Translations under genes and position numbers: made by a program | DNA from: Utricularia gibba | Taxonomy: Eukaryota > Plantae > Magnoliophyta | Direction of reading: 5' to 3' | NCBI GenBank assembly: GCA_002189035.1 | Contig: NEEC01000004.1 | Location: forward strand, 2,542,001-2,606,000 | DNA: 64,000 nucleotides | Notes under the pieces: model-generated | The model's input: only the letters and a program-made list of their open reading frames with translations | Database searches by the model: none | Told to the model about the DNA's origin: nothing | In this document: one piece after another, positions 1-12,990 of the stretch | Layout of the letters: each line of letters begins with the position of its first letter | Numbering within the stretch: position 1 is the first letter of the stretch

Positions 1-256
1 CATCATTTAATCGAGTGTTGGTCTAACATTCGTGGCTCATCAGGCACATAATTTGACAAGTCTTGATTTCTCCTCAAATTGATCCAAAAATGCCCTAAAA
101 ATCCACAAAATATACTTTCTCCCCAAAAAGATCAAAGTAGTATGAAAAATACAAAATCAATTGATAATAATGAGAAAGTGAAATCTAAGGTAAATAAAAA
201 CAATACTCAAGAGTAATGAAAGAATATGTTTTTCAATGACTCAAACTCACTTATCA
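1..256 (-). mobile_element. 3' LTR (partial, runs off the window) of an Athila-type Ty3/gypsy element
   Basis: On the minus strand a purine-rich PPT (GTGTAAGGGAGT, 268-257) is followed directly by TGATAAGTGAGTTTGAGTCA at 256. The reverse complement of 60-150 (TTTGATCTTTTTGGGGAGAAAGTATATTTTGTG) matches the solo LTRs at 43126 and 54749. Confidence 0.7.
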
Positions 257-2560
257 ACTCCCTTACACTTAGATATTGTTTATTCTCAAGCAATTGTTCA
301 AAGTAGTTTCCTCCAAAGTAGTGACTTGCAAATAGAATTAAGGCTAGCAAACTGTTTGAATTATTCAATAGTATACTATCCACTTGCTCCCTTGCATGTT
401 GCTACTTCTCATAGGTGTCACTCATTACGCTCAACATAAGAAATTCATAAGAGGAAGGTGAAATGAAAAGAGGATTGCTCAATAGCTAAATGTAGGCGAG
501 TCATTAAATTTGCGCAAGTGATCCAATGGTTTTAACAAGCTTGCGCAATCATGAGGTCTTTTTCTCAGGTTGTAATGCGGTAGGAGCTTGGGATAGATGG
601 AAAATTTGGCTGGAGGCTCCATATTATCGGTAATAAGAGGTGAGCATCCATCAAACAATTCTTTCATGTTATCCTTTGATTTTCATACTCCAAGAAACTC
701 ATTCTCTTTCAATTTTGTGCTTTTTTCCAACCCGTCAACCCCTTATCTCTTTTCTTCTTCTCATCTTCTTTTTTTATTTTTTATTTTTTTTTCGAAATTG
801 ATCTCTCTCTTAGACGATGTGTCTGTTTAAAATCTCTTCATAATTTGTTGAGATAGAGTTTGATCATTGAATTGAAAATTGCTCTCAAGTTTTTTTCTTT
901 TGTAATAAAGCTCCTAGTTTTGCAACTTGCACAAGCAAACGAACAAAACTGTTCTCTAGATGCTCACTCCTTGGGTCAAGAGAAATTGGCTTCTGATGTG
1001 GTGATCCAAATAATAAGGTTTCAGGCCAAGTGGGGTTCACTAAGTGGATTCAAGGGTGAATATGGGGATAAAAAAAGACAAATCCTAATGTTTCAATCCT
1101 TTTACGCAAGACTTGTAGAATAACTCAGTAGCATGTATGAGAACAAGTAATATGATCATTCTGCATTCAGGTCACCTCCTCACTAAGAAACTAGAGCTAT
1201 GTAGCTTGGACAAAGGACATAAAATGAACAAGATGTTAAAAAACAACATAGCAACTAGCATACCAAAATTCTAATTCACAACAACTATCTCGAAAAAAAT
1301 AATACAAAAAACAGATGTTTAGGTTCTAGTAAAACACAAAATGCAAGGAGGTGATCATTGAAACATTTTCCAAATTTGAAAAAAAAGTTTTAAAAGGCAC
1401 AAAAACAATCTAAAAAGTCAAGTACTCCCCTCTCACACTTAAATGACATCTTGTCCTCAAGATGGGTAGAAACACTTAACTTTCATCATGTGCCCGTGAT
1501 GTATCTAATAGAGCGGAATTTTTCCTCAAAAATATCTGTTGCACCTGTGCTAGTTGAAGAGAAAGAAAACAATGCAAGAGAAAATAAAAAATAAACTAAA
1601 ATAACAAAAGAAAAATGGAAGAGAACTAGGTGCTTATTTTTTTTTATGGCAACAAGCAAACCATCGGAGCTTCCTGGTCAAGTGGGATGATGGGTGGTGA
1701 TATCCACCGGAACATGTAGTATATCAATGGAGGGTTTTACTTGCTCATGGAACCTTTTCAATTCTGAATATTTACCATAAATTCTCCATGATTGGGATCG
1801 GTGATGAACACTGTTCCACTAGGGTAGATATTCTTGATAGTATATAATCCACACCATTTGGACTTGAGTTTTCCTGGAAATAAGTGAAAACGAGAGTTAA
1901 ATAATAAAATTAGGTCACCTTCTATCAGGTTCGCAAGTGACTGTCATGCCAAGCCTTTGTTTCTTCATTGTACAGCTTTGCATTTTCATAAGCACTCATT
2001 CTTAGCTCATTCAGTTCTTGGAGTTGCAAGATCCTTTGTTCTCCAACAACTTTGACATTCAAATTTAATTCTTTGATCACTCAATATGCCTTGTGCTCTA
2101 ATTCTATAGGCAAGTGACAGGCTTCGCCATAAACCAAATGATAAGGGGATGTCTCCAAGGAAGTCATATACATTTTGCGATAAGCCCATAAAGCATCAAT
2201 CAATTTGGTTGCCCAATCCTTGCGAGTTTTGGCCACCATACGCTCTAGAATCCTCTTCAATTCCCTGTTCGTTACCTCTACTTGGTCGCAGGTTTGTAGG
2301 TGATATGGAGTTGATGCCCTGTGTCCTACTCTATATTTGCGTAAGAGCTTCCGGAACTCTCTCAATGAATTGTTTACCACCATCACTTATGATATATCTT
2401 GGGGAAACAAACCTAGGTAGAATAATCTATTTGAAGAGCTTAATGATAGCTCTTTCTTCAGCTACTAGAATCACAATAACTTCTGCTCATTTTGAGGCAT
2501 AATCCATTATCACAAGAATTTGGGTGTTGCTATAAGATGAATGAAAAGATTCCATAAAAT
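257..2560 (-). mobile_element. Degenerate internal region of an Athila-type Ty3/gypsy retrotransposon (integrase and 3' region)
   Basis: ORF 2081-2386 encodes QVEVTNRELKRILE...KDWATKLIDALWAYR...SPYHLVYGEACHLPIELEHKAY, the typical Athila integrase core. Stops and frameshifts break the flanking frames. Confidence 0.85.
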
Positions 2561-2749
2561 CCAGCCCTCAAACATCAATTCTTAAACCCCTAGTTTATAT
2601 TTTTTATAGAAATTTTCAATTCTTAGGAAAGACTTTCATCATCATTTATATAGATAAAAATTTGAGGTAAGCTATATAGATTCTTCAAATGATTTTTTTA
2701 AAATCAAATAAATATATGATTTAATAACTGACATTCTTATAAATTATTT

Positions 2750-3720
2750 ATTCAAAACCTGAAATGTGCAAATATATAAAATTGATATTGTTATTCTAGC
2801 ATATGTATCTGTTCAAGTTTATTCTTGAAAATGCAAATTCAAAGAGAAATCAAATGAATGTATTGGCAATATTCAACCCAATATTGGATATATGCAATCT
2901 TATGTTGATTTGCTAAGTTTAAAAGAGACAATATAATATCATTCAAGTCAAATGTAGATTATTATTTGGATAATGATGCAATGTCATATTCTTCAAACTT
3001 TGATACTCTTGAATAATAAAAGTCTTAAAAAAATGAAATGTCCATCATTTTAAATACTTGTAAAAGATGTTTTTTTTCATTTTAATTACATCTATGACTT
3101 TAAGATCAGCTTTATATATATATATATATATATATATTCAAATTATAATTCCACATTGTAATAGATTGTATCTTACATTGATTGAAACTTTGATTTGTTT
3201 GTAAAGCTAATTATATACTGAAAATTTTTAGTTTATTTTTTTTATATCTATTAAGATTTATTTATTTATCATTTATGAACATTATTATACTTTATTGTAG
3301 ATCTAAAGGAAGTGATTCCATCATATATTGTTATATTTGTTGATGATAAATATGAAGAAAGTGAGGGATGAAATCAATGAAATTGGAGATATTTAAGTAT
3401 GCCATTTTTCATGTTATTGTGCTATTTCTACCTTTTATGTAGTGCAAATCTTATTTGGACAAATTGTAATAATTATAAATATGAATATTTATTGTATTAA
3501 TTTTTTAAAAATATTTTGTATAGTAAAAAATGAAAATGATAAAAAGTCAATTCAAAATCTATTTTTAGAAGTAAAAAAAATTTTATATTATTAAAAAAAT
3601 TATTACATGAGAATATTATCCATCATAGGGTAGATATCCATAAATATAAGATATAGATTTGAAAATTCATATTCATCGTAAATTTGGATCAGATATGGAT
3701 TTGAAATTTAAATTTGTGAA
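2750..3720 (+). mobile_element. Highly decayed hAT transposase C-terminus and subterminal region
   Basis: Near 2995-3075 the sequence reads FDTLE**K..KCPSF*ILVKDV, resembling the hAT dimerisation-domain motif FDILxWWK...YPxLxxxARDVL with TGG decayed to TAA. A GGATATGGAT-like subterminal tract lies at 3610-3720. Confidence 0.45.
3113..3137. repeat. (TA)n microsatellite
   Basis: About 12 contiguous TA units read directly. Confidence 0.9.
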
Positions 3721-4375
3721 TAAGATATGAATTTTGTAAAACTCTACCATAATTTGACATTCAATTTTGATGACAGGCAGCCCTTCTGCTGTCCTCCTTC
3801 CTACTCCTACCCAAAGCTTCAGCTCATGTGGCACGATCGATTGGATGATATTATTACCCGCGGTACCCTAATTTGATTGATTTATAGGGCAATTCAACAA
3901 ACAAACCCCAGCGATTTCTGGTTCATGTTTCTCCTTTTCAACAGCTTGACTTGTTACTGTGCCCCAGTATGTCTATGGGCGGGGGGGGGGGGGGCCGTGC
4001 CAAGCCATCTGCTTTGCCTATAATCTAGGTGAATTAGGGATTATGAAATATATGAATTAACATCGCCACCTTCTATTCTTGCTCTTCTACCTTAATCTCC
4101 ACTCTACTCCCCATTCCTGCTTCCTGTCACTTTGTGGTTCATTCTATGGAATTCCGGTGTCACCAGGAATGAAATGTATGGCTTTTCAGTTTCTGCTCAT
4201 CTTATTCAATGTTTTCTTCCTGGTGGCTAGAAAGATCAATTTGGGTCATTTTGACAATAGGGATTCCTTTATAGCTCTGCTTTGCTGGCAACCGCACCCC
4301 TTAATCTGTGAATTTTGTTTTTAAATGATCAGCTTATGGCTTCTGTAGTGTAATTTCTGGGAGAAATTGATTAGC

Positions 4376-7300
4376 ATGGCAAAGGAGAAAATTGGCATGA
4401 GGCTGGTTATACTGTATGCTTCAGAAACAGGAAATGCAATAGATGCTGCTGAGCGTCTTGGCCGTGAAGCAGAGAGGCGTGGATGCCCATCAGTCTCTGT
4501 CCTCTCGATCAATGAAATTGAGCCTGTGTGTATTCAACCCTTTATTCACGTGTTAAACTATCTGGACCTTTATATTTAAATATGTCATACACATTACATG
4601 GTAAAAAAATATTTTTTATCTTGTTGATTCTTACAGAGTGACTTGCCAAATATGCGTGTGGTAATATTTGTGGTGTCAACCACGGGTCAGGGTGACAATC
4701 CTGACTCCATGAAGGTGACCGTTTTTCTCACCTTATCAGCTCATGATTCTCTTTAGGTAATGTTTCTACTTGCATCCATTCTACTCCTATTGGGCAGGGT
4801 TTTTGGAAGTTCTTATTGCAAAAGAACCTGAGAAGAAACTGGCTTGAAGGAGTTAAGTTTGCTGTGTTTGGATTAGGCGATTCCAGTTACCAGAAATACA
4901 ATGTGAGTTTAGAATGATATGGAGTAATGGATTTCTCCTAGGCCTTATTGTTTTCTGAAAGAAGCAATTGCTTAACCTCTTCGATTCTTGGTTTTTCATA
5001 GTTTTTATTTGAAAATATTATGTATTTTAAAACTACCAGTAGCAGTGATGCTTAATCACTTTTCATCTGAAAATCTGGAGAAGACTGATACGAAATTTTC
5101 TTGCTTCATGTTTTGTGCAGTATGTGGCAAAGAAGTTGGACAAACGGTTGTCAGATCTTGGTGCAACATTGATAATAGAAAAAGGACTTGGAGATGATCA
5201 GCATCCTTCAGGGTACAACTATATCCCCTGGACTCTTCAGTTAATGAAAATTGTGGGAATTTAAATAAATGGTGGCTGTAAAAATTAAAGCTGAGTCAAT
5301 TGTGAAAACTTAACAGGTATGAAGGGGCTCTAGACCCCTGGATGTCCCGCTTGTGGAATGCATTATATGAACTGAATAGCGAATTACTTCCAGGGGCCAT
5401 GAGTTTTGTTATTCCAGAAGTCATATTACTAGATAAGCCTAGAGTTCGAATCATATATCATGAGTCTAAAGAAAGGGTACCATTGGGTTCAAGTACATCA
5501 GGTTGGTTGCTTCTCAGGGTTTCCTTTTTTCGAAAAAGTAGCTTGAACTAACACTGATCTGGCCTCATGAAATTAGCGTTAGTTAGCCCCCGTTTTTTCC
5601 TATTTTCTGTTGATTTTTTTTTTTTTTTGTTTCCTGGCTTTATACTCCAACTGTGCACCATTTTGGTCATAGTTACTCTTGATTTCGCATTGCAGGTGTA
5701 AAAACTTTGGAGAATATTGAGAATGCCTATTCGATGGTTCAACAAAGGATCTCTGTCAAAAGCAGGCCTGATTGCTTCCTAAGAATGGTAGGCAGAGTTT
5801 CTCTTTCTTGCTTGATCAGCTATAATGCTATATCGTTTAATTTTTATTGAAATTCTAATTCAATAACCATATTCATTTTGCTAATCTGTTTTGTGGATTC
5901 AGTAGGAAAGTACTAACAACAGTGATTTTTTTCTGATTAGTTAACTTTGACGTGCTACATTTCTGAAACCCTGCAGAATGTTGTTAATCCATACCTTCGT
6001 TTATGTAGACTCAGAATATTCAATTATGTAGACCTGGTAGTACAAGGGACGTACGCCACTTGGAGTTTGAAGTTGCATCATCTGTAAGATGGCCAAATCA
6101 TTTTCCTAGACTGATTTTTTATTTAGTGTAATATTATGATTGTTAGTGCTACTATTATTAAGTGAATGACTGTATTACCATGTTTAATCCCCTCCAGGGA
6201 GTCAGTTATGAAGTTGGTGATGTTCTTTGGGTTCTTCCAAGTCAAGACGCTACAGCTGTGGATGCTTTCATTCAGCGTTGCAATTTGAATCCTGATTCAT
6301 ACATCACTGTAATAAGTTCTCTTGTATTAATACGTTGTGGTTCTTCCCAATTTTGTGATTACTTTGATGGACTTTTTACCTGTATTATTTTAAATGATTG
6401 TTATTTTATGTCTTTTTCAGGCTTGTCACAGAGGAAAACAAAACCATATTTCTACAGATACACAATTGGTGCACGTGAAATTAAAATCCTTTGTTGAGTT
6501 AACAATGGATGTGGCTTCTGCATCACCTAGACGATATTTTTTTGAGGTATTGTCTATGATGCGATTTCTTGCACCAGTGCTATATCTCACGTTATATTTT
6601 TGGGGAAATAAGCTCCTGCAATTTATTGGGTATCAGCCGTTTGGGTCGTGTTGGAAAAACAATTACATGCTGGTCATTTTCCTGTAAATTTAGGATCATT
6701 CCGTTGGACAATGTTCCAGTTTCTTGTTGTAGTTTCTTTGTACTGTTGAATGTCATCCTTGTAACCGCAATAGGTTTATTCATCAACAGTGGATCCTCCT
6801 TCATTCTGTTTGGATAGTACTTATTTCCTACTACTTTACTTTGGAAATGTTCTCCAGTGCCAGAATATGATTTTCAACTGCTGACAAGAACAAGCCCAAA
6901 ATTGAAAATATTTTCAATGAAATTGCATCATTAAGACATTCATCTGTTGACAATATGAAACATGGACTTCAGGTTATGAGTTTTTTTGCCACCGCAGCAC
7001 ATGAAAGAGAAAGGCTTCAGTATTTTACGTCAGCCGAAGGAAGAGATGATCTATACCAGTACAACCAGAAAGAGCGCAGGACAGTGTTGGAGGTCCGGAT
7101 GTTTTTTTCCTTTTTTTTGTATTAAGTAGATTTAGTTGTGCTGCGGAGCTCAAATTGAAAGGCTATTTTGGTTCCAAGTTCAACAAGTAGCTCCTTGTAT
7201 TCTATATGAAATGTCTTTTGTTGTTGAGGAAAGAACAATTTGTTATGCTATTACCGCAGTAGTGCATATGTTGTCTTCATCTTCACACTTCCCTGTTTGA

Positions 7301-8124
7301 TCTAGGTCCTAGAAGATTTTCCTTCGGTACAAATGCCATTCGAATGGTTGGTAGAGCTGGTTCCTGTGCTGAAGCCAAGGGCCTTTTCCATTGCTTCTTC
7401 TCATGCGGCCCATCCAAATCATGTACACTTAACTGTAAGTGTTGTCTCATGGATGACTCCATATAAGAGGAAACGCTCTGGTCTCTGCTCCTCTTGGCTT
7501 GCAAATATTGATCCTCGGGATGATAGTAAGTGAAATAATTCATTCTAGTGGCTACTGTCCCAACCTATTTTACAAGTTACATCTGACTGTGGACAGGAGT
7601 CCTTATACCAGCATGGTTCAGCAAAGGCTCTCTCCCATCCCCAGCACCATCACTTCCTCTCATTCTTGTTGGACCAGGGACAGGATGTGCTCCTTTCCAT
7701 GGGTTCGTAGAGGAGCGAGCGATGCAGAGCAGATCCATTCCCACTGCACCAATACTCTACTTTTTTGGGTGCCGAAGTGAGAACGATGACTTTCTATACA
7801 AAGCATTTTGGTTGACTCATTCACAGAAGGGGGAGTGCTTTCAGATGATAAGGGTGGGGGTTCCACGTAGCCTTCTCCAGGGATCAGCCGCAGAAAGTCT
7901 ATGTTCAGCACAAAATGAGAGAGCAAAGTGATAAAGTATGGAGCCTGCTGAGTCAGGGTGCTGCAGTATATGTTGCTGGGTCAGCAAATAAAATGCCGAG
8001 TGATGTCATGTCTGCGTTTGAAGAAATTGTCTCCACGAAAGCTGGCGTTTCCAAGGAAGATGCTTCACAATGGATCAGGGCACTGGAAAAATCTGGCAAC
8101 TATCATGTTGAAGCTTGGTGTTGA
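4376..8124 (+). CDS. ATR3: NADPH-dependent diflavin oxidoreductase 1 (NDOR1/Tah18/ATR3), 12 exons, with two apparent 1-nt deletions in the last exon
   Basis: ATG at 4376. Flavodoxin motifs ILYASETGNAIDAAERLGREA, VVSTTGQGDNPDSMK and FAVFGLGDSSYQKYN. FAD/NADPH motifs LKPRAFSIASS, GPGTGCAPF, YFFGCR, AFSRDQPQKVYVQHK and YVAGSA, ending in YHVEAWC*. All introns can be placed at GT-AG in consistent phase. Confidence 0.95.
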
Positions 8125-8922
8125 ACCCACCGCACCGCACATCTACTCAGATGATTTCTGGTTGATCATCATGTTGAAGCTAGAGGGAGCCTTCATAGCA
8201 ATGTCACTAACGCCTTTTGGACTTCCATATTCATGTAGTAATGTTAAGCATGACAGGGTTGTGTTATTTGATTTTTTTTTTTTTCATCGAGCAGGTGAAT
8301 GTTTTTTAATTCAATTTTGTCATGATTAAATAAATAGGAAAACGATTTTTATTTATTTAAATAATATATTTGTTTTTATAATATAATAAAAAATTATTAA
8401 ACTCAATTCAATTTATTATAAAAATGATTCCATCTAAATCAATTTCGTTTAAGTTTCAAAACTGCGATCCATTGATCATTCAGAAATGATTAATTTTATT
8501 TACTATGTTTCTTGAAAGTGATTCCAAATTTAGAAACTATATGATAATTATATTAGTATAATAATATATATTATTATTAAATGAAATTATGTAATATTTT
8601 ATAATTTTTTAAATTTAATTTTTAATTGAATTAAATTAAAAATAAATATTCGCCATCATTTATTGAGAAATTAAATATTCCAAAACAAATTGTAATATAG
8701 AAATATTATTTTCTATGGGTGAAAAGTATTTGAAATGAATCGATGGAAAGTATGAAAGATTCAGAAGCCACATATTTATGAGTTATAAATAAATATAAAT
8801 AAAGTGCTTCAGTAGTGCACACAAATCACAAGCTATAAAATCATCCAAATTTCAACATTATTCATCGTATTCTACTGCTTTTAACAATCTTCTCTGCAGG
8901 CTGCGGGACTCCACTCCATGAC

Positions 8923-10487
8923 TCAGGTTGCTCTTCCGGCAAGCAGCACTTCGTTTATCAGCCTGTTTAGATTCACCTCCGACGAACCACCCGGCGCCGC
9001 CGCGGCATCGGCCTTCCGCCTCCACTCAGCCGCCGTCTCCTTCATCTTGCGCCCTTTCTCTCCGGTCATAAGCTCCCTAACTTGCCTCTCCACCTCATCC
9101 CTCTTCACATTGCTATCGATCTCCATTCCGATCCCCCAATCCACACAACTGTACCTGCAATTCGTCTGCTGCTCTGCAAAAAACGGCCAGCAAATCATCG
9201 GGACGCCGCTGCTAATACTCTCCAACGTCGAATTCCATCCACAATGCGTCAGAAATCCTCCCACCGCCCTGTGCGTGAGCACCGCCTCCTGTGAGCACCA
9301 ACTTACCATTAAGCCCCTGTCCACCGTTTCCGCGGCAAACTCCTCCGGCAACAGCGCCGACTCACCAGAGACAATATCCGGTCGAATCACCCATAAAAAG
9401 GTATGCCCACTATTCGCCAACCCCCACGCGAACTCTGTTAGCTGCGCCGCCGTGACGACGGTGATGCTGCCGAAGTTAACATAAACAACCGATCCCGGTG
9501 CCTTGCCATCGAGCCATGAAATGCATTCCTGATCTTCCTTCCATAAACTAGACTCAATGGCGTTCACGGCATCATTTTCGGGAAGAGATTTCATCTTCGA
9601 ATTGAGCGGGCCAAGGGAATAAATCTTCGGCGGATAAAATTCCGACAACGCCCCCAGGCTTTCTTCCTCCAAGGCGTCAAATGTGTTGAAGATGATTGCG
9701 TTTGCACACCGAATTGCTTCGGTTTCTTGCAACACAAATTTTATCATGAACTCCTCGGGGTTCGTCGTTCGTAAGAACGTCGGCAAATCCCTTAGCCGGA
9801 GCAGTTTCTTGCTTCTCCACGCCGGAGCCAGCTCCACCTCCGTTTCCAGGTAACCATCGGTCACCTGTCCCATGTCTGCGACCACATTAATCACAAACAG
9901 TGACTGAGAACCAACATATTATGTAAAGAACAAATGGGTAAATTCTATGTAATACCTTTGAGAGGGATAACGCCGTTGTCGAGAAGGCGACGATATTGGA
10001 GGTACCCCAGCAACCCGCAAGCGCTAGCTGTCCATAGACATACCTCTGGCAACCGGAATCTCTCCGCCGCCTTGAGAGTAAAACTCATCACCGCATCGGA
10101 GACGATGCAGGTCACTGGCGGGACGCTCTTGTCGCTATTCAGGTCGAGGAGCAGAGCACAGAACGGCTCCAAGCAAGTTGTCGTCGTTGATTGGCACAGA
10201 GAAGGTACATCTTGGGTAACGTCAGCATCGGACGGTGGGAGCCCGTCCGGGATCGAAGCGAATCGGAAGTCCGGGAGGCCGGCGAGCGCGTCACTGCCGT
10301 GGGATTTGAGCAAGCGGCGGTGGTTGTATTCGGAGTTGACGAATGTGACGTGGAAGCCCCTGTGGTGAAGGAGCTTGGCGAGCTTCAACATGGGGTTTAT
10401 GTGCCCCTGCGCCGGGTACGGTACGCAGACGGCGTGCGGTTTCCCGCCGCCGGTGAGGACGGTGGCTGCAGGCGCGTAATGACCCAT
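8923..10487 (-). CDS. UGT85A: UDP-glycosyltransferase, UGT85A subfamily, 2 exons (10487-9956, 9875-8923), 494 aa
   Basis: N-terminus [26 protein letters not shown] and the PSPG box [44 protein letters not shown]. An 80-nt phase-1 GT-AG intron joins the two ORFs in frame (532+953 = 1485 nt). Confidence 0.95.
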
Positions 10488-11860
10488 AGTTATATAACCG
10501 ACAAACTAGAAGTGGTACCAAGAGAGTTGGATGTCTGTCTTATTCTGCCCTCAGGGAGCACAACTATAAATAAACACAGCCACAGGGATTTCAACAAGTT
10601 TATTTCACAAAATTCAACTCAAAGAAGAGGTCAGCGTTTTGCTACCGCCAAACCATGGTTGGAGTCGAGCGCCCTCTTTCTACTCTCCCCTGATATTCCA
10701 AGAATCAATAATAATCTAACCATGGTCAAGGAAGCTTAGCACGCAACCGTGACATGAACCTGAAATGGCAATATATTGTATTATTTTCATTGCGGCTCCG
10801 TCGTTTTTGGGTAGTGGTATAATATAAAGTAATTGATAAAAAGTATTTTCCTTTTTTCAACCCGGAAGTCAGCTTCCGCAGTGGAGTGATCAATTTGGAA
10901 AGGTAGAGGACCAATTTTGCAGGACGTAGCTAGCAACTGCTGCGCTGCTTCACCCAACCGACAGACACGTGGGTGAAGTCGGCATGGGTCCGGGTAGGCA
11001 AAGACTTAATGCAACAGCACACACCTCATCAATGAGCGGAGCGTGCATGCGGAGCGAAGAAATTGGGTGGGTACGTTGGATGGTTTGATCTCTGACGCCT
11101 GCCTGCTCCTGCTCCTGCTCCACCATATGATATGATTTGCCCAATCTAGGGTAGGGTAGGGTAGGGTCCTTATGTACGTACGCATCTTAAAGCAACACAA
11201 CACCAACCAAATTGACAAACCAAATTGATACTTGATTCTGCTTATTTTTATTCAATTGTAATATTAATGTTGCATTAAACATAATATTTTGGATTGTTAA
11301 AAGATGGAACCATCCGAAATATACAATCTTTACTAATGTTTAAGACATATTTAACCATTCTCATGGCATGTATAGCTGCTTCATAAGTTACACATGATTT
11401 TGAATTATCATTGTTGACCAAAGAATACAAAACATTACTTTACACGGGTGATTGGTTTTGTGTAATAATAATAAGAATGACAATGTCATAAACATATTTT
11501 GTTTCGAAATTGATAATGATTATTTTTTGTCATACATTTCATTAAAAACATATTTAACATTATTTAAATTTAAATTAAGTAAATTTACTATACATTTTTA
11601 ATTAATTTTAAATATATATGTTAATGATCATTCCTAAAAATTTATAAAATTTTTATTCAATTAATTTAAATAAAGTAATAAGAAACTTTTTCATTTGATG
11701 AAATCAAATGATGGAACATCAACACCAACGCACCTCATTGCGTATTGGGTTGTCAGCTGCCAAAGGTATTTCAGGATCTGATGTGATGTGCAAGGGAATG
11801 AATAGTTGAAGAACTACTATACAACTCATTCACTTCCAAATGAGTATGGCCGCTGAGGTT

Positions 11861-12990
11861 CTAGGACTCGGAGCGTGGAGATGACGCAACAGCATGAAAA
11901 GATGAGGACGCAAGCTGGGCAAGGGCCGGAAGCGAACCTCCTGCGTAGATGAACGAACATCAATAATCCAAAGATGACCACGCAAAGGTTAACTTAGACA
12001 AAGGTGCATGTCTAATCCATTTATAACTATAATGCCCTATCAGTGCATACGGTTGCATCAGAAGGGCAGCTCTCCACAGAGGACTTACCAGCTAAACCAG
12101 CACAGGCTGATGAGAACAGAATCACAGGCGGCCCCTGAATCAAGATAGTGATTGGAAGATGAAAGATAATTACATGCAGTTTTGCGGTTTCAAGCAACCG
12201 TGGCATACAAACCATCTTCCATTAGAAAAATGAGCACAAAATAACTTACACCAACGAACAAATGCATCCACATAGGCCCTGGAATCAACCTCCTAACCAC
12301 AGGCATTGCTGCACATTCATCAACAGAACAAGTAAAGAGATATGATTTGGGAGGCTTTTGCTTCAAATACAACTCAACGAAGGTTATGTGGACTATATGA
12401 CAAAATTTTGGCACTTAGTTGGAAGAGCGCCTTCAATTGAATTCAAATTCAGAAGATTTCCATGGGAAAACAGGGAAAAAAAAGCTAAATGCATGAAAAA
12501 AACAAAAGGAAACCGAGATCTACCGTAGTGGAAACCATAAAAACATCCCGCTGTACCACCAACAGCTGATCCTATCTGTGATTTCAATAAGACCAAACAA
12601 CATCTAAAGGATGCCAAAAAAAAAAAAAACGAGGATAAGTACCATAGAAAAGCTGTCTCTGATCAGTGGTGCAATAGTCCATCGGCTGGTCTCCTATAAC
12701 TGAAGAGGAATGAAGGAGAAAGAAAAAAAAAATTCCACTACGAAAACATCAGAAAAAATTATTCTTGTACCATCTCCTTTGCAAGGGGGCCGGCGCAGTG
12801 CGGACACCTTAAACACTGAAAATCAGCTCTCTCAGTCCTTGGGTCTTCCATCAACTATCTAACACCAAAATTAACAAATTACACATCATTTTCCTGAAAA
12901 CCAACGGAAAGAGAACATGGCAACTCCACTACTCACGAAATAGACGAGATAAAGCGAGTTACAAAAAAGGATGATTCTCGTAAGCATACC
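11861..12990 (-). CDS. Uncharacterised small, Gly/Ala-rich hydrophobic protein. Exons 12815-12771, 12693-12643, 12575-12524, 12308-12250, 12134-12089 and 11940-11861, plus an upstream exon ending at 12990
   Basis: Six short exons bounded by AG/GT splice in perfect phase to (CLRCPHCAGPLAKE)METSRWTIAPLIRDSFSMIGSAVGGTAGCFYGFHYAMPVVRRLIPGPMWMHLFVGGPPVILFSSACAGLAGGSLPALAQLASSSFHAVASSPRSES*. The first in-frame ATG is at 12773 and gives 96 aa. Confidence 0.85.

Noticed and set aside
4376-10487. Diflavin reductase next to UGT85A as a possible specialised-metabolism gene cluster (P450 reductase plus glucosyltransferase)
   Set aside because: The reductase is the NDOR1/Tah18 type, with no N-terminal membrane anchor, and serves cytosolic Fe-S assembly rather than P450s. 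There is no P450, synthase or other pathway enzyme in the window.
8918-10739. Long plus-strand ORFs (188, 144 and 182 aa) overlapping UGT85A
   Set aside because: They are antisense shadows of a GC-rich coding sequence with no recognisable motifs. The same applies to shadow ORFs over ANTH, PPR40, eIF3L and CSLD1.
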